A stretch of 64,000 nt of DNA from Malacoraja senta (taxonomy: Eukaryota). Of the stretch, positions 52,505 to 63,935 are shown one piece after another (the stretch's first letter is position 1; every line of letters starts with the position of its first letter). The DNA is taken from contig CM075993.1 in NCBI GenBank assembly GCA_038087875.1, positions 2,978,001 to 3,042,000 on the forward strand, in the 5' to 3' direction. The translations under genes were made by a program, and so were the position numbers. The notes under the pieces are model-generated. The model did not search any database. It saw only the letters and a program-made list of their open reading frames with translations, and had not been told where the DNA came from.

Positions 52505-52802
52505 TTAGTTTAGTTTAGAGATACAGCGTGGAAAAAGGCCCTTCAGCCCATCGAGTCCGTGCCGACCACCGATCCCCGCACATTAACACCATCCTACACC
52601 CACTGGGGACAATTTTTACATTTACCAAGCCAATTATCCTACGAACCTGTACGTCTTTGGAGGCCGAAGATCTCGGAGAAAACCCATGCACGGGGTCACG
52701 GGGAGAACGTACAAACTCCGTACGGACAGCACCCGTGGTCGGGATCGAACCCGGATCTCTGACGCTGTGAGGCAGCAACTCTACCGCTGCGCCACCGTGC
52801 CA
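52505..52802 (-). mobile_element. V-SINE (HE1-like)
   Basis: Reverse-strand full structure. Confidence 0.88.
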
Positions 52803-52876
52803 CCCAGTTGGGTGACAGAAAGCCACTTAACTTTGGCCCTGCTTAAGGACCTGCCCCACTTGGACGTCATTTGCGC

Positions 52877-52930
52877 TGGGTGGGAGATTGCAACCTTCAC
52901 GTGGTCTGCCCTGTTTCGACGAATGCAATC
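52877..52930 (+). ncRNA. Minimal HDV/CPEB3-like self-cleaving ribozyme motif
   Basis: P1 (T)GGGTGG/CTGCCCT, P2 GATTGCA/TGCAATC, P3 ACC/GGT, L3 TTCACGT, J4/2 CGAA with the candidate catalytic C at 52920. Confidence 0.8.
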
Positions 52931-53016
52931 AACCTGGCGTGCACAGTCAAATAAGATCAAATAGAACAAGTTGTCCTGCAACTATTTGCTGTGCACGCCA
53001 TACGCAAGAAGAGGAA
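52877..53016 (+). mobile_element. HDV-like-ribozyme-headed short retroposon, copy A
   Basis: 11-bp TSD GTCATTTGCGC (52866-52876 and 53017-53027); AAGAAGAGGAA tail; no tRNA A/B boxes. Confidence 0.9.
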
Positions 53017-53775
53017 GTCATTTGCGCGTCACGCAGATGGCGCGCAAAGAGTTTGTACATCACAAAATCCAGGGGGGCCGTGCGCGACCGCGTGTCATTG
53101 CCTACATCACCACGCACCATACGTCGTGCAGCGTGACGCGTAAATGATGACGCGTAAATGATGACGCGTAAATTACGCGCAAATGACGCCCAAATGGGAC
53201 AGGCCCTTACGCAGGGCCAAAATTAAGTGGCAAAGTTAATGCGAAACTTCACATCTCTTCAGTTTCGTCAATCTCCCGATTGGAATTACTCCCTGGGAGA
53301 ACTGTTGACGGCAACATCTGCCTCTTCTGAGATGGCTGCTTCCTATTAAGCTGACGCGTTGAAGTAACTCCTTAAAAATGTTCCCATTAGCTTGCTCCCT
53401 GGGGAATGATAAAATAATAAGCCTGCGCTTTTCTGAGTTGGGTCAGTGGTACCAATTTAAACAATGTTCTCTTCCTTCCAATTTTGGAAAAGCTCTACCT
53501 AAAAAAAGAACTAATTGGCAATTAATTTCACTGCAGTTGGGTGGATCCCTGTGTAAATTACGTACCACGTTAGCTCATGGCCCAGCCATGCATTGTGGAT
53601 TTCTTTGGAAGGTCTATCGTAGCTGTTTCAATGGATGTTCCGTCACTCTGTCCTTTGCTCGTCGTTGACTCAAGTTAGATGGACTCATGGAGTGACACAG
53701 CGCAGAAACGGGCCCTTCGGCCCATCGTGTCCACACCGATCCTCAAGAACTCACCTTCACTCATCCCATCTGTTA

Positions 53776-54220
53776 GTCCGATCAGCAGAGAAGGTTATTG
53801 GCTGCAACCTTCCCTCCATTGACGAACTGTACACTGCAAGGGCCAGGAAGCGAGCGGGCAAGATCATCTCTGACCCCTCTCACCCTGGCCACAAACTCTT
53901 TGAATCACTTCCCTCTGGAAGGCGACTCCGGACTGTCAAAGCTGCCACAGCCAGACATAAAAACAGTTTTTATCCACGAGTAGTTGCTCTACTCAACAGC
54001 CAAAAATCTGTAGCCTCCCTTTGATCTGGTATTTTGTTGGTTCACATGCTTGATCAATGGTGCTTTATCATTAATGTTTTATTATTATTAATGTTTAGTG
54101 TTTTCTGTGTCATTCGTAACTGTCACTGTATGTCATGTTGTTACTTGTGGGCGGAGCACCAAGGCAAATTCCTTGTATGTGAATACTTGGCCAATAAACT
54201 TACTTACTTACTTACTTACT
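53776..54220 (+). mobile_element. Rex1/Babar LINE 3' end
   Basis: VRSAEKVIGCNLPSIDELYTARARKRAGKIISDPSHPGH..; (TTAC)n tail. Confidence 0.9.
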
Positions 54221-54464
54221 TCTCTCTATAATTTACCATCGGTAGAAGAATAAAGAACAGGGGAGAGACAAGACTTTGCCTTCCATCACTGTGAGGAGGT
54301 GTTTGGAGATTCACTGTGTTGGATGTTAGTGTAAATATGGTTAAGTGTGTGTCTTGGTTTTTTTCTTGTTCGTATGACTGCAGAAACGGAATTTAGTTTG
54401 AGCTTAGGTTCAAATGACAATAAATGGTATTCTAATTCTGATTCTGATTATGCACCAGAAATCA

Positions 54465-54710
54465 TGTGTAGGAAGGAACTCCAGATCCTGGTTTAAACCG
54501 AAGATAGAGACAAAAAGCTTCAGTAACTCGGCAGGACGGGCAGCGTCTCTGGAGAGAAGGAATGGGTGACGTTTCTGGTCGAGAGCCTTCTTCAGACACT
54601 GAAGAGTCAGAGTCTGAAGAAGGGTCTCGACCTGAAACGTCACCCATTCCGTCTCTCCAGAGACGCTGGCTGTCCCGCTGAGTTACTCCAGCTGTTTGTA
54701 TCTATCTTTG
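54465..54710. mobile_element. Inverted pair of Penelope-like pLTR units with back-to-back hammerhead motifs
   Basis: Minus-strand motif ~54568-54594 and plus-strand motif ~54614-54641. Confidence 0.7.
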
Positions 54711-55149
54711 ACTGTAATCATGTATTGTCTTTCTGCTAACTGGTTCACACGCTACAAAAAGCTTTTCACACACTGCAGCGAGGGTGGCTTTTCCTCATCA
54801 ATGCACGCTGCATCAATTTAGACCGAAGGATTTTCTCCGTGTTTGAAGAAAAAATGCATTCAAAGTGACAGACCACGGGGGACCCATGTCAGTTTAATTC
54901 CAAGTCACGGGCAAACTTCTAACATGCATGACATGCAATGTGTCATGCGTGTTAAAATTACAAAATGTCCCCCTCTGGCATATAATTGTAAGATAAAACA
55001 ACTACGAGCAGCGAGGCTAAACAGGAGGGGAAACGTTTGCAGTTAGTATTTGTCGCACAGAGTCTCTCGCCCAGAGTAGGGGAATCGAGAACCAGAGGGC
55101 ATAGGTTTAAGGTGAGAGGGGAAAGATTTAATAGGAACCAAAAAATTCA

Positions 55150-55560
55150 GAAGACTGAGGGGGGGATCTTATAGAAACTTACAAAATTCTTAAGGGGTTG
55201 GACAGGCTAGATGCAGGAAGATTATTCCCGATGTTGGGGAAGTCCAGGACAAGGGGTCACAGTTTAAGGATAAGAGGGAAGACTTTTAGGACCGAGATGA
55301 GGAAAACATTTTTCACACAGAGAGTGGTGAATCTGTGGAATTCTCTGCCACAGAAGGTAGTTGAGGCCAGTTCGTTGGCTATATTTAAGAGGGAGTTAGA
55401 TGTGGCCCTTGTGGCTAAAGGGATCAGGGGGTATGGAGAGAAGGCAGGGATGGGATACTGAGTTGGATGATCAGCCATGATCATATCAAATGGCGGTGCA
55501 GGCTCGAAGGGCCGAATGGCCTACTCCTGCACCTATTTTCTATGTTTCTATGTTTCTATG
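55150..55560 (+). mobile_element. CR1 LINE 3' end nested in another CR1 subfamily fragment (~55060-55660)
   Basis: ORF 55198-55461; (TTTCTATG)n tail. Confidence 0.9.
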
Positions 55561-55735
55561 TAACCCGAGGAGTAACTTTTTCACACAAAGGGTGGTGGGT
55601 GTATGGAACGCGCTGCTGGAGGAGGTAGGGACTAGTTGAGGCTGGGACTATTGCAACAGCTGAGAATCATTAGGCAGGTAGATAGACCCAAAATGCTGGG
55701 TCTATATCTCTCGTTTTCCCTTTTCCTTAACCAGT

Positions 55736-55763
55736 CTGAAGAAGGGTCTCGACCCGAAACGTC
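55736..55763 (+). ncRNA. Minimal hammerhead ribozyme motif (CTCG-loop subfamily)
   Basis: CTGAAGA A GGGT-CTCG-ACCC GAAA CGTC. Confidence 0.6.
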
Positions 55764-55969
55764 ACCCATTCCGTCCCCCCCCAGAGATGCCTCCTGTCCC
55801 GCTGAGTTACTCCAGCATTTTGTGTCTATCTTCAATGTAAACCTGAGAAGCCGATTGTCGGCCAGGGATGGTGAGATCCCAAGAGAGATAGCCAACAAAT
55901 GGCCAACGTTCAGCCTATCAGGGTAACCACCCTGCCTGAGATCATCTGTTGCAGGTCCTGATCGGCTCT

Positions 55970-56370
55970 GACCTCCCTACCATCGAGGGGATCTACCACA
56001 GTCGCTGCCTCAAAAAGGCTGGCAGTATCATCAAGGACCCACACCATCCTGGCCACACACTCATCTCACCGTAGAAGGTACAGGAGCCTGAAGACTGCAA
56101 CGACCAGGTTCAGGAATAGCTACTTCCCCACAGCCATCAGGCTATTAAACTTGGCTCGGACAAAACTCTGAACATTAATAGCCCATTATCTGTTTATTTG
56201 CACTTCATCTGTTTTATTTATTCATGTGTGTATATATTTACACAATGGTACATGGACACACTGATCTGTTCTGTATTCATGCCTACTATGTTCTGTTGTG
56301 CTGAAGCAAAGCAAGAATTTCATTGTCCTATCTGGGACACATGACAATAAACTCTCTTGAATCTTGGATC
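55970..56370 (+). mobile_element. Rex1/Babar-like LINE 3' end, different family
   Basis: LPTIEGIYHSRCLKKAGSIIKDPHHPGH..TTRFRNSYFPTAIRLLN. Confidence 0.8.
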
Positions 56371-56489
56371 TTGATTTTGTTTCCGATCTTTTCCTGCTCC
56401 CAGTCCCCTCCGACCCTGGCCTGCAATGTCCGAAGAAAGGCCCTGACCCCCCAAACGTCACCTGTCCATGCTCTCCAGAGACGCTGGAT

Positions 56490-56730
56490 GAAAGAACTCC
56501 AGATGCTGGTTTAAAGCCGAGATAGACACTGAAAATGCCGGAGTAACTCAGCGGGGCAGGCAGCGTCTCTGGAGAGAAGGAATGGGCGACGTTTCGGGTC
56601 GAGACCCTCCATCAGTCTGAAGAAGGGTCTCGGCCCGAAACGTCACCCATTCCTTCTCTCCAGAGATGCTGCCTGTCCCGCTGAGTTACTCCGGCATTTT
56701 CAGTGTCTATCTTTGGTACAACCCAGCAAT
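56490..56730. mobile_element. Inverted pair of Penelope-like pLTR units
   Basis: Near-perfect inverted repeat centred at ~56616; minus-strand core CTGATGG, plus-strand core CTGAAGA. Confidence 0.7.
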
Positions 56731-57096
56731 TCCTTGGTTATTACTAAACTTAGCCCTTGCGATGTCTTTCTAGGGGACTGAGGGCAGTGTGTGTGATAAC
56801 AACCAGATGGCTTTGGCCCTACATCTCATTTATACTGCAGGCTAGCTGGGGGAGAGGGGGGGGGAGTGCGGAGGGGGGTGCAGGGAGAGAGGTTAGTGCC
56901 GATCTGACATCTGTGTTTTGACCGCTAACTGACAGTGTCACTGCTGCAAGAGCGACGCTTCACTTCACCACCTCTGCACAGCGAAAGCACACCTGGGCTC
57001 GAAACCTGGCCAGCATCAAGTTAGAGGCTGCAAACTGTAAAGTAATAGCCGAGCTCGGTGCTGCAAGAAATCCCTCGTGCCTCTGCAGTAACAGTC

Positions 57097-57500
57097 ATAG
57101 AAACATAGACAATAGGTGCAGGAGGAGCAGGCCATTCAGCCCTTCGAGCCAGCACCGCCATTCAATATGATCATGGCTGATCATCCAAAATCAGTACCCC
57201 GTTCCTGCTTTCTCCCCACATCCCTTAATTCCGTTAGCCCTAAGAGCTAAATCTAACTCTCTCTTGAAAACATCTAGTGAATTGGCCTCCACTGCCTTCT
57301 GTGGCAGAGAATTCCACAGATTCACAACTCTCTGGGTGAAAAAGTGTTTCCTCATCTCAGTCCTAAATGGCCTTCCCCTTATTCTTAAAATGTGACCCCT
57401 GGTTCTGGACTCCCCCAACATCGGGAATATTTTTCCTGCATCTAGCCTATCCAATCCTTTAAGAATTTTATATGTTTCATTAAGATCCCCTCTCATCCTT
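57097..57500 (-). mobile_element. CR1 LINE 3' end
   Basis: ORF 57191-57496. Confidence 0.92.
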
Positions 57501-57538
57501 CAACTTTAGGCTGTGCACGCCATACGCTAGGAGAAGAA
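57501..57538 (+). mobile_element. 5'-truncated copy of the ribozyme-headed retroposon
   Basis: CAACTTTAGGCTGTGCACGCCATACGCTAGGAGAAGAA matches the family 3' end. Confidence 0.75.
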
Positions 57539-57801
57539 CTCTCTCTTGAATATTTGTGTCTATATTCAAAAATGTTTTCAAAATGGATGGTCTTTGTTCT
57601 GAGCAGCCATGACCCACAAATAACAGTATCAATATTAAACTAAATGTTTAATGTAATTGCACGCTTCGTTGTGCTGTTTGGTGTCAATATTTAATTAAAA
57701 CTTAATTGAATTATAGAAATTGACAGCAGTGTTTCCATGAAAACAGAAGAAAATGTTCTCAGACTTATTCCACCCTCAGGCCTTGCTCTGTAAGCCTCTT
57801 A

Positions 57802-58023
57802 AGGGCCTGTCCCACTTGGCCGTCATTTGCGCGTCACGCAGATGGCGGGCGAAGATTTTGTACATCACAAACTACTGCGACACCGCGCGCAGCCACGAGT
57901 CACTGCCCATGTCATCACGCACCATGCGCGCATCGCGTGCGTGCATCATGACGGGTGAATGATGTCGCGTAAATGATGTCGCGTAAATTAATGCTCAAAC
58001 CACGGCCAAGTGGGACAGGCACT
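57802..58023. mobile_element. Harbinger-like MITE
   Basis: TIR AGGGCCTGTCCCACTTGGCCGT / ACGGCCAAGTGGGACAGGCACT with TTA on both flanks. Confidence 0.85.
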
Positions 58024-58068
58024 TTAGCCTTCAATAGGAATTCCAAAATTGAAGCCAGGATGTCATGA

Positions 58069-58931
<863 letters not shown>

Positions 58932-59530
58932 TTAGTATGAAGGAACTGCAAATGCTGGTTTGAAGCAAAGAGAGACACAAAATGCTGGAGTAACTCAGCG
59001 GGACAGGCAGCATCTCTGGAGAGAAGGAATGGGTGACTCTTCGGGTCGAGACCCTTCTTCAGACGGCAGACACGACCAGGTCTCATGACGCAGCTTTATA
59101 GGCCACATCAGGGAAATTGTGTGCAGTTCTGGTCAGCCCATTGCTGGGAGGACGTGCAGGCTTTAGGAAAGGGTGCAAGGGCAGCTTTAACAGACTGTTA
59201 CCTGGTTTAGGGACTATTTGCTACAGGGAGAGGTTGGACAGACTTGGATTGACAAACCTATGTCCTCAGGTTCTCGATTCCCCTACTCTGGGCACGAGAC
59301 TGCACAACATAGTCTTTTTGCGATGTTTCTCTATCACATTTGATAACTCCATTGGATCCTCCAGCTTCTAAAGATATAATTTTGGATCTTATACGACCTC
59401 TCTTCTGGTCACCTCTTGCTTAAAAAAACCCTCTTGCTTTAAAAAAAACCTCTTGCTTCACAACATGTATTTCAACGCTGTTTTTGCTACAGAAAATTAA
59501 TTTAAGTCAAGCTGTGCTTAAGCAGATGGC

Positions 59531-59812
59531 ATGGTGGCGCAGCGGTAGAGTTGCTGCCTCACAGCGCCAGAGACCCGGGTTCGAACCCGACGGGTGCTGT
59601 CTGTACGGAGTTTGTACGTTCTCCCCGTGGGTTTTCTCCGAGATCTTCGGTTCCCTCCCACACTCCAAAGACGTACAGGTTTGTAGGTTAGTTGGCTTGG
59701 TGTAAATGTAAATTGTCCCTAGTGTGTGTAGGATAGTGTTAGTGTGCGGGGATCGCTGGTCAGTGCAGACTCGGTGGGCCGAAGGGCCTGTTTCCGCGCT
59801 GTACCACTAACT
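59531..59812 (+). mobile_element. V-SINE (HE1-like)
   Basis: A box, B box GGTTCGAACC, V-domain, tail. Confidence 0.9.
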
Positions 59813-60236
59813 GAAAGCATTTTGCTGAGCCACACCAGAAGAAATTAAACCCTATCGCCGTTCGAATACATTTTAATCATACTTAAAAGAAATACAAGTT
59901 CTAATCGCATTACTGCAGAGTTACTGATTCCTTATACTTGAACCGGTTCAAAGAGATTGCTGCAGTCAATAACCTATTAGTATAATATCCACAAACCTCC
60001 AGCAAATAAAGGTCACCTAGTATAATGAAAACTCTGTAAATCTGGATGTGTAAAGTTTGACATTTTCTTAAAAGTTAATTGCCAGCCAAGAGAATTCACT
60101 CTTTGCTGCCTCCATATTAAAATCGTTTCTCATAAGGTCATAAGTGATAGGAGCAGAATCAGGCCATTCGGCCCATCAAGTCTACTCCGCCATTCAATCA
60201 TGGCTGATCTATCTCTCCCTCCTAACCCCATTCTCC

Positions 60237-60368
60237 TTCTTCTTGCGTATGGCGTGCACAGCCTAAAGTTGTAGGCCAACTTGTTCTATTTGATCTTATC
60301 TGTGCACGTCAGGTTGATTGCATTAGTCGAAACAGGGTGGACCGCGTGAAGGTTGCAATCTCCCACCC
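60237..60368 (-). mobile_element. HDV-like-ribozyme-headed short retroposon, copy B
   Basis: 12-bp TSD ACCCCATTCTCC (60225-60236 and 60369-60380); (GAA)n tail. Confidence 0.9.
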
Positions 60369-60369
60369 A
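60316..60369 (-). ncRNA. Minimal HDV-like ribozyme motif
   Basis: (T)GGGTGG GA GATTGCA ACC TTCACGC GGT CCACCCT GT TTCGA CTAA TGCAATC. Confidence 0.8.
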
Positions 60370-60910
60370 CCCCATTCTCCTGCCTTCTCCCCATAACTGA
60401 CACCCGTACTAATCAAGAATCTATCTATCTGTGCCTTAAATATATCCACTGACTTGGCCTCCACAAGGAGTCCCACAGATTCACCACCCTCTGACTAAAG
60501 AAATTCCTCCTCTTCTCCTTCCTAAAGGAACGTCCTTTAATTCTGAGGCTGTGGCCTCTAGTCCTAGACGCTCCCACTAGTGGAAACATCCTCTCCACAT
60601 CCACTCTATCCAAGCCTTTTACTATTCGGTAAGTTTCAATGAGGTCCCCCCTCAGAGTTACTCATTGAAAACAATCATTGCAATTCCAATTAAAGAGCAA
60701 ATAGATAATTGGGAATTCAATTACAATTACTGGGTTGCACTGAAAGTTGCCAATATTGTTACAAATTACACCCAAATAGTCATCGATCGCGACTCAAATA
60801 ACTTTTCAGCTGCCTGACAAAGTCTTGACTTCAATCTGATTATTTTTTCTGCCCTCCTTGTGAGGATAAGATCTGGGATTAGCATTTGAGCAAAGTAAGT
60901 CCATTTGACT

Positions 60911-61452
60911 GGGCGATCATTTCGCTGAACACCTCCGCTCAGTCCGCCTGGACCTATCTGATCTCCCAGTTGCCAAACACTTTAATCCCCCTTCCCATTC
61001 GCACACTGACCTTTCTGTCCGAGGCCTCCTCCATTGTCAGAGTGAGGCCAAGCGATTTGCTTGGGCAGCTTACAACCCAGCGGTATGAAATTAATTTCCC
61101 TAACTTCAAGTGACCCTTGCATCCCACCTATCTCCATCCCTCCCCCACCCAAGTTGTACTAGCTTGAAAGTCATCTTGTCATCTACAAAGGCATTTACAG
61201 TCTTGTTGTCTGTAACTCGTTTTCACCTAGCCCACACCTCACAATGGCCTGTTTCCTTGATCATTGTTACTTGTTTGCATATCTGTCATTCATTTGTTCT
61301 ACACCTCTCCACATCACCAGTCTATATCTCTTGTCTCCCTCTCCCCTGACTCTCAGTCTGAAGAAGGGTCTCGACCCGAAACGTCACCCATTCCTTTTCT
61401 CCAGCGATGCTGTCTGACCCGCTGAGTTACTCCAGCTTTTTGTGTCTATCTG
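60911..61452 (+). mobile_element. Penelope-like element 3' end: GIY-YIG remnant, 3'UTR and hammerhead/pLTR
   Basis: GDHFAEHLRSVRLDLSDLPVAKHFNPPSHSHTDLSVRGLLHCQSEAKR; hammerhead motif at 61358-61385. Confidence 0.85.
61358..61385 (+). ncRNA. Minimal hammerhead ribozyme motif in Penelope context
   Basis: CTGAAGA A GGGT-CTCG-ACCC GAAA CGTC. Confidence 0.65.
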
Positions 61453-61477
61453 AAGTCCAGTGTAAATCAGGTGCATA

Positions 61478-61815
61478 TTAGACAATAGACAATAGAAAAT
61501 AGGTCCAGGAGTAGGCCATTCGGCCCTTCGAGCCAGCACCGCCATTCAATGTGATCATGGCTGATCATCCCCAATCAGTACCCCGTTCCTGCCTTCTCCC
61601 CATATCCCCTGACTCCGCTATTTTTAAGAGCCCTATCTAGCTCTCTCTTGAAAGCATCCAGAGAACCTGCCTCCACCGCCCTCTGAGGCAGAGAATTCCA
61701 CAGACTCACCACTCTCTGTGAGAAAAAGTGTTTCCTCGTCTCCGTTCTAAATGGCTTACCCCATATTCTTAAACTGTGGCCCCTGGTTCTGGACTCACCC
61801 AACATCGGGAACATA
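61478..61815 (-). mobile_element. CR1 LINE 3' end
   Basis: ORF 61575-61826. Confidence 0.92.
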
Positions 61816-62051
61816 TTCAGGCTCAATCCTCACCAATGGTGCTGCCTGTGTGGAGCTCGCATGTTCTCTCCGGGTTTCCCCTGGGTGGTTCAACATCCTC
61901 ACACATCTTAAAGACGCGCGGGTTGGTAGGTTAAATGGCCGCTGGTGGTAGAATCTGGGAGAACAAACATTGGATGGAGAAGGATTAATGTCAAACTAGG
62001 AATCTGATGATCTGCGCACATTCAATGGACCAAAGTCCTTGGTTCCCTGGG

Positions 62052-62290
62052 GTGGTCACGGTGGCGCAGCGGTAGAGTTGCTGCCTTACAGAGCTTGCAG
62101 CGCGGGAGACCCGGGTTTAATCCTGACTACGGGTGCTGTCTGTACGGAGTTTGCACGTTCTCCCAGTGACCTGCGTGGGTTTTCTCCGAGATCTTCAGGT
62201 TTCCTCCCACACTCCAAAGACGTGCAGGTTTGTAGGTTAATTGGCTTGGTGTAAGTGTAAACTCTCCCTAGTGTCGTGCAGTATCTCTAA
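62052..62290 (+). mobile_element. V-SINE (HE1-like)
   Basis: A and B boxes, V-domain. Confidence 0.88.
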
Positions 62291-62423
62291 AAAAATCATA
62301 GACATAGAATAATACAGCACAAGAACAGGCCCTTCAGCCCACAATCTCTGTGCTGACATGATGCAAGGACCGACTCTTATCTACCTAAGAATTGGTCTTC
62401 ACATCATGTCATGTCCATTGTCA

Positions 62424-63205
62424 TGAGCCTGTCCCACTTTGGCGATTTTTCAGCAGACTGCCGGCGACTGCCAAGTTGCCAGCAGTTGCCTGAAACACCG
62501 ACAACTGGAACGGCGACTGTCAGAGTGGAACAAACACACACACACACACACATCGCTTCCTTCACCAGCCCGTTATGCAGGCGGGGGACAGGGCAAGCGG
62601 GGGGAGCGCTGTCTGAGTGAAATTCCCACGGTGCAAAGCCAAGGTGATACAGACACACACCGCGATGAACAGGAAGGTTGGCGCTGTGATTAAGATGGCT
62701 AAAGCACAGTGTATGGTAAGTCCTTTAAAAGAGGGGGGAGAGAAGGGGAGAGAGGGGGGGAGAAGGAGTGGAAACAACTTTTAGGAAGCCAGAGAAACAC
62801 GGCTGTGAAGCTCGGCCGGACATTTGACATTACCGATCGGTTATCCTTGTTTCTGAAAACTACTGGTAACGTTTTTTTTCCCCAATGTGTCAATGAAATT
62901 CACCGGTCAGCACCGGCTCCAACCTACGAGAACCTACGAGAACCTTCGACCTCCTGGCGACCCACTAGGACCTCCTGGCGACCCGCCTACGGCACGAGAA
63001 TTCTCGCTACGCTCCATGGCGGCTTCATTCTAGTCGCCGCTAACTTCTCAACATGTTGAAAAATTCACGGCGACCACAATGAGGCCGCGACCAGTTCCCA
63101 GAATGCGGGAACTCCTCGGGCCCGTGAAGGCGACTCCCCGGCAACCACCCGCGAACATGTGGCGACTGCACTGGCCTAAAAAGTTGCCTAAGTGGGACAT
63201 GCCCA
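62424..63205 (+). mobile_element. Harbinger-like element related to 19400-20606
   Basis: TIR TGAGCCTGTCCCACTTTGGC / GCCTAAGTGGGACATGCCCA; shared internal AAGCGGGGGAGCGCTGTCTGA..GGTAAGTCCTTTA. Confidence 0.75.
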
Positions 63206-63339
63206 TTGGTCAGGAGCATGTGAGAAGTGGTCAGATTTTAGACAATTCTGTTGGGTTCAGTGATAGAATATTATTTACATTGAAATCTGAATGAAGAGAT
63301 ATATGCAGGGTAAGTGTTTCACAGCGTGATGTGCAGGTC

Positions 63340-63935
63340 ACAGCTTCTGAACTAAAGGATGTTTTTTGTTAGGAAGGAGATGAGGAGGAATTTCTTTAGT
63401 CAGAGGGTGGTGAATCTGTGGAATTCTTTGCCACAGAAGGCTGTGGAAGCCACGTCAGTGGATATATATATATATATATATTTTAATATTTTAATTTTAT
63501 TAGAAGTAAGTACAATTGTATACAATCATATTTTCATAATACCTTTTATGTACAGCTTCTTATTTTTTAAAATATTTTGTAATAAAGATGAAAAAGAAAA
63601 ATGTTAGATAATGAAAAATAGAAAAATGTGAGATATATAGTGTGTGAAAAAGAAAAATAGAGAGTGAAAAAAGAAAGTTGAGACATAGAAAATAGAAGAA
63701 AAAGAGTAAAAGAAGAAAAGAGAAGAAAAGAAAATAGAAGTAAGGAGATCATTTATAATCTTGACCATCCCCAGTCACGGATTAGCTTTTACGTCAGTGG
63801 ATATATTTAAGGTAGAGATAGATAGATTCTTGATTAGTACGGGTGTCAGAGGTTATGGGGAGAAGGCAGGAGAAGGCAGGAGAATGGGGTTAGGAGGGAG
63901 AGATAGATCAGCCATGATTGAGTGGCGGAGTAGAC
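63340..63935 (+). mobile_element. CR1 3' end interrupted by an AT-rich insertion (63468-63790)
   Basis: 16-bp TSD ACGTCAGTGGATATAT at 63452-63467 and 63791-63806. Confidence 0.8.

Larger units (their letters stand above)
52846..53207. mobile_element. Harbinger-like MITE hosting the ribozyme retroposon
   Basis: TIR AGGACCTGCCCCACTTGG / CCAAATGGGACAGGCCCT; an uninterrupted sibling lies at 57802-58023. Confidence 0.8.
60131..60655 (-). mobile_element. CR1 LINE 3' end interrupted by the ribozyme retroposon
   Basis: ORF 60425-60613; 3'UTR split at 60237-60368. Confidence 0.9.
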
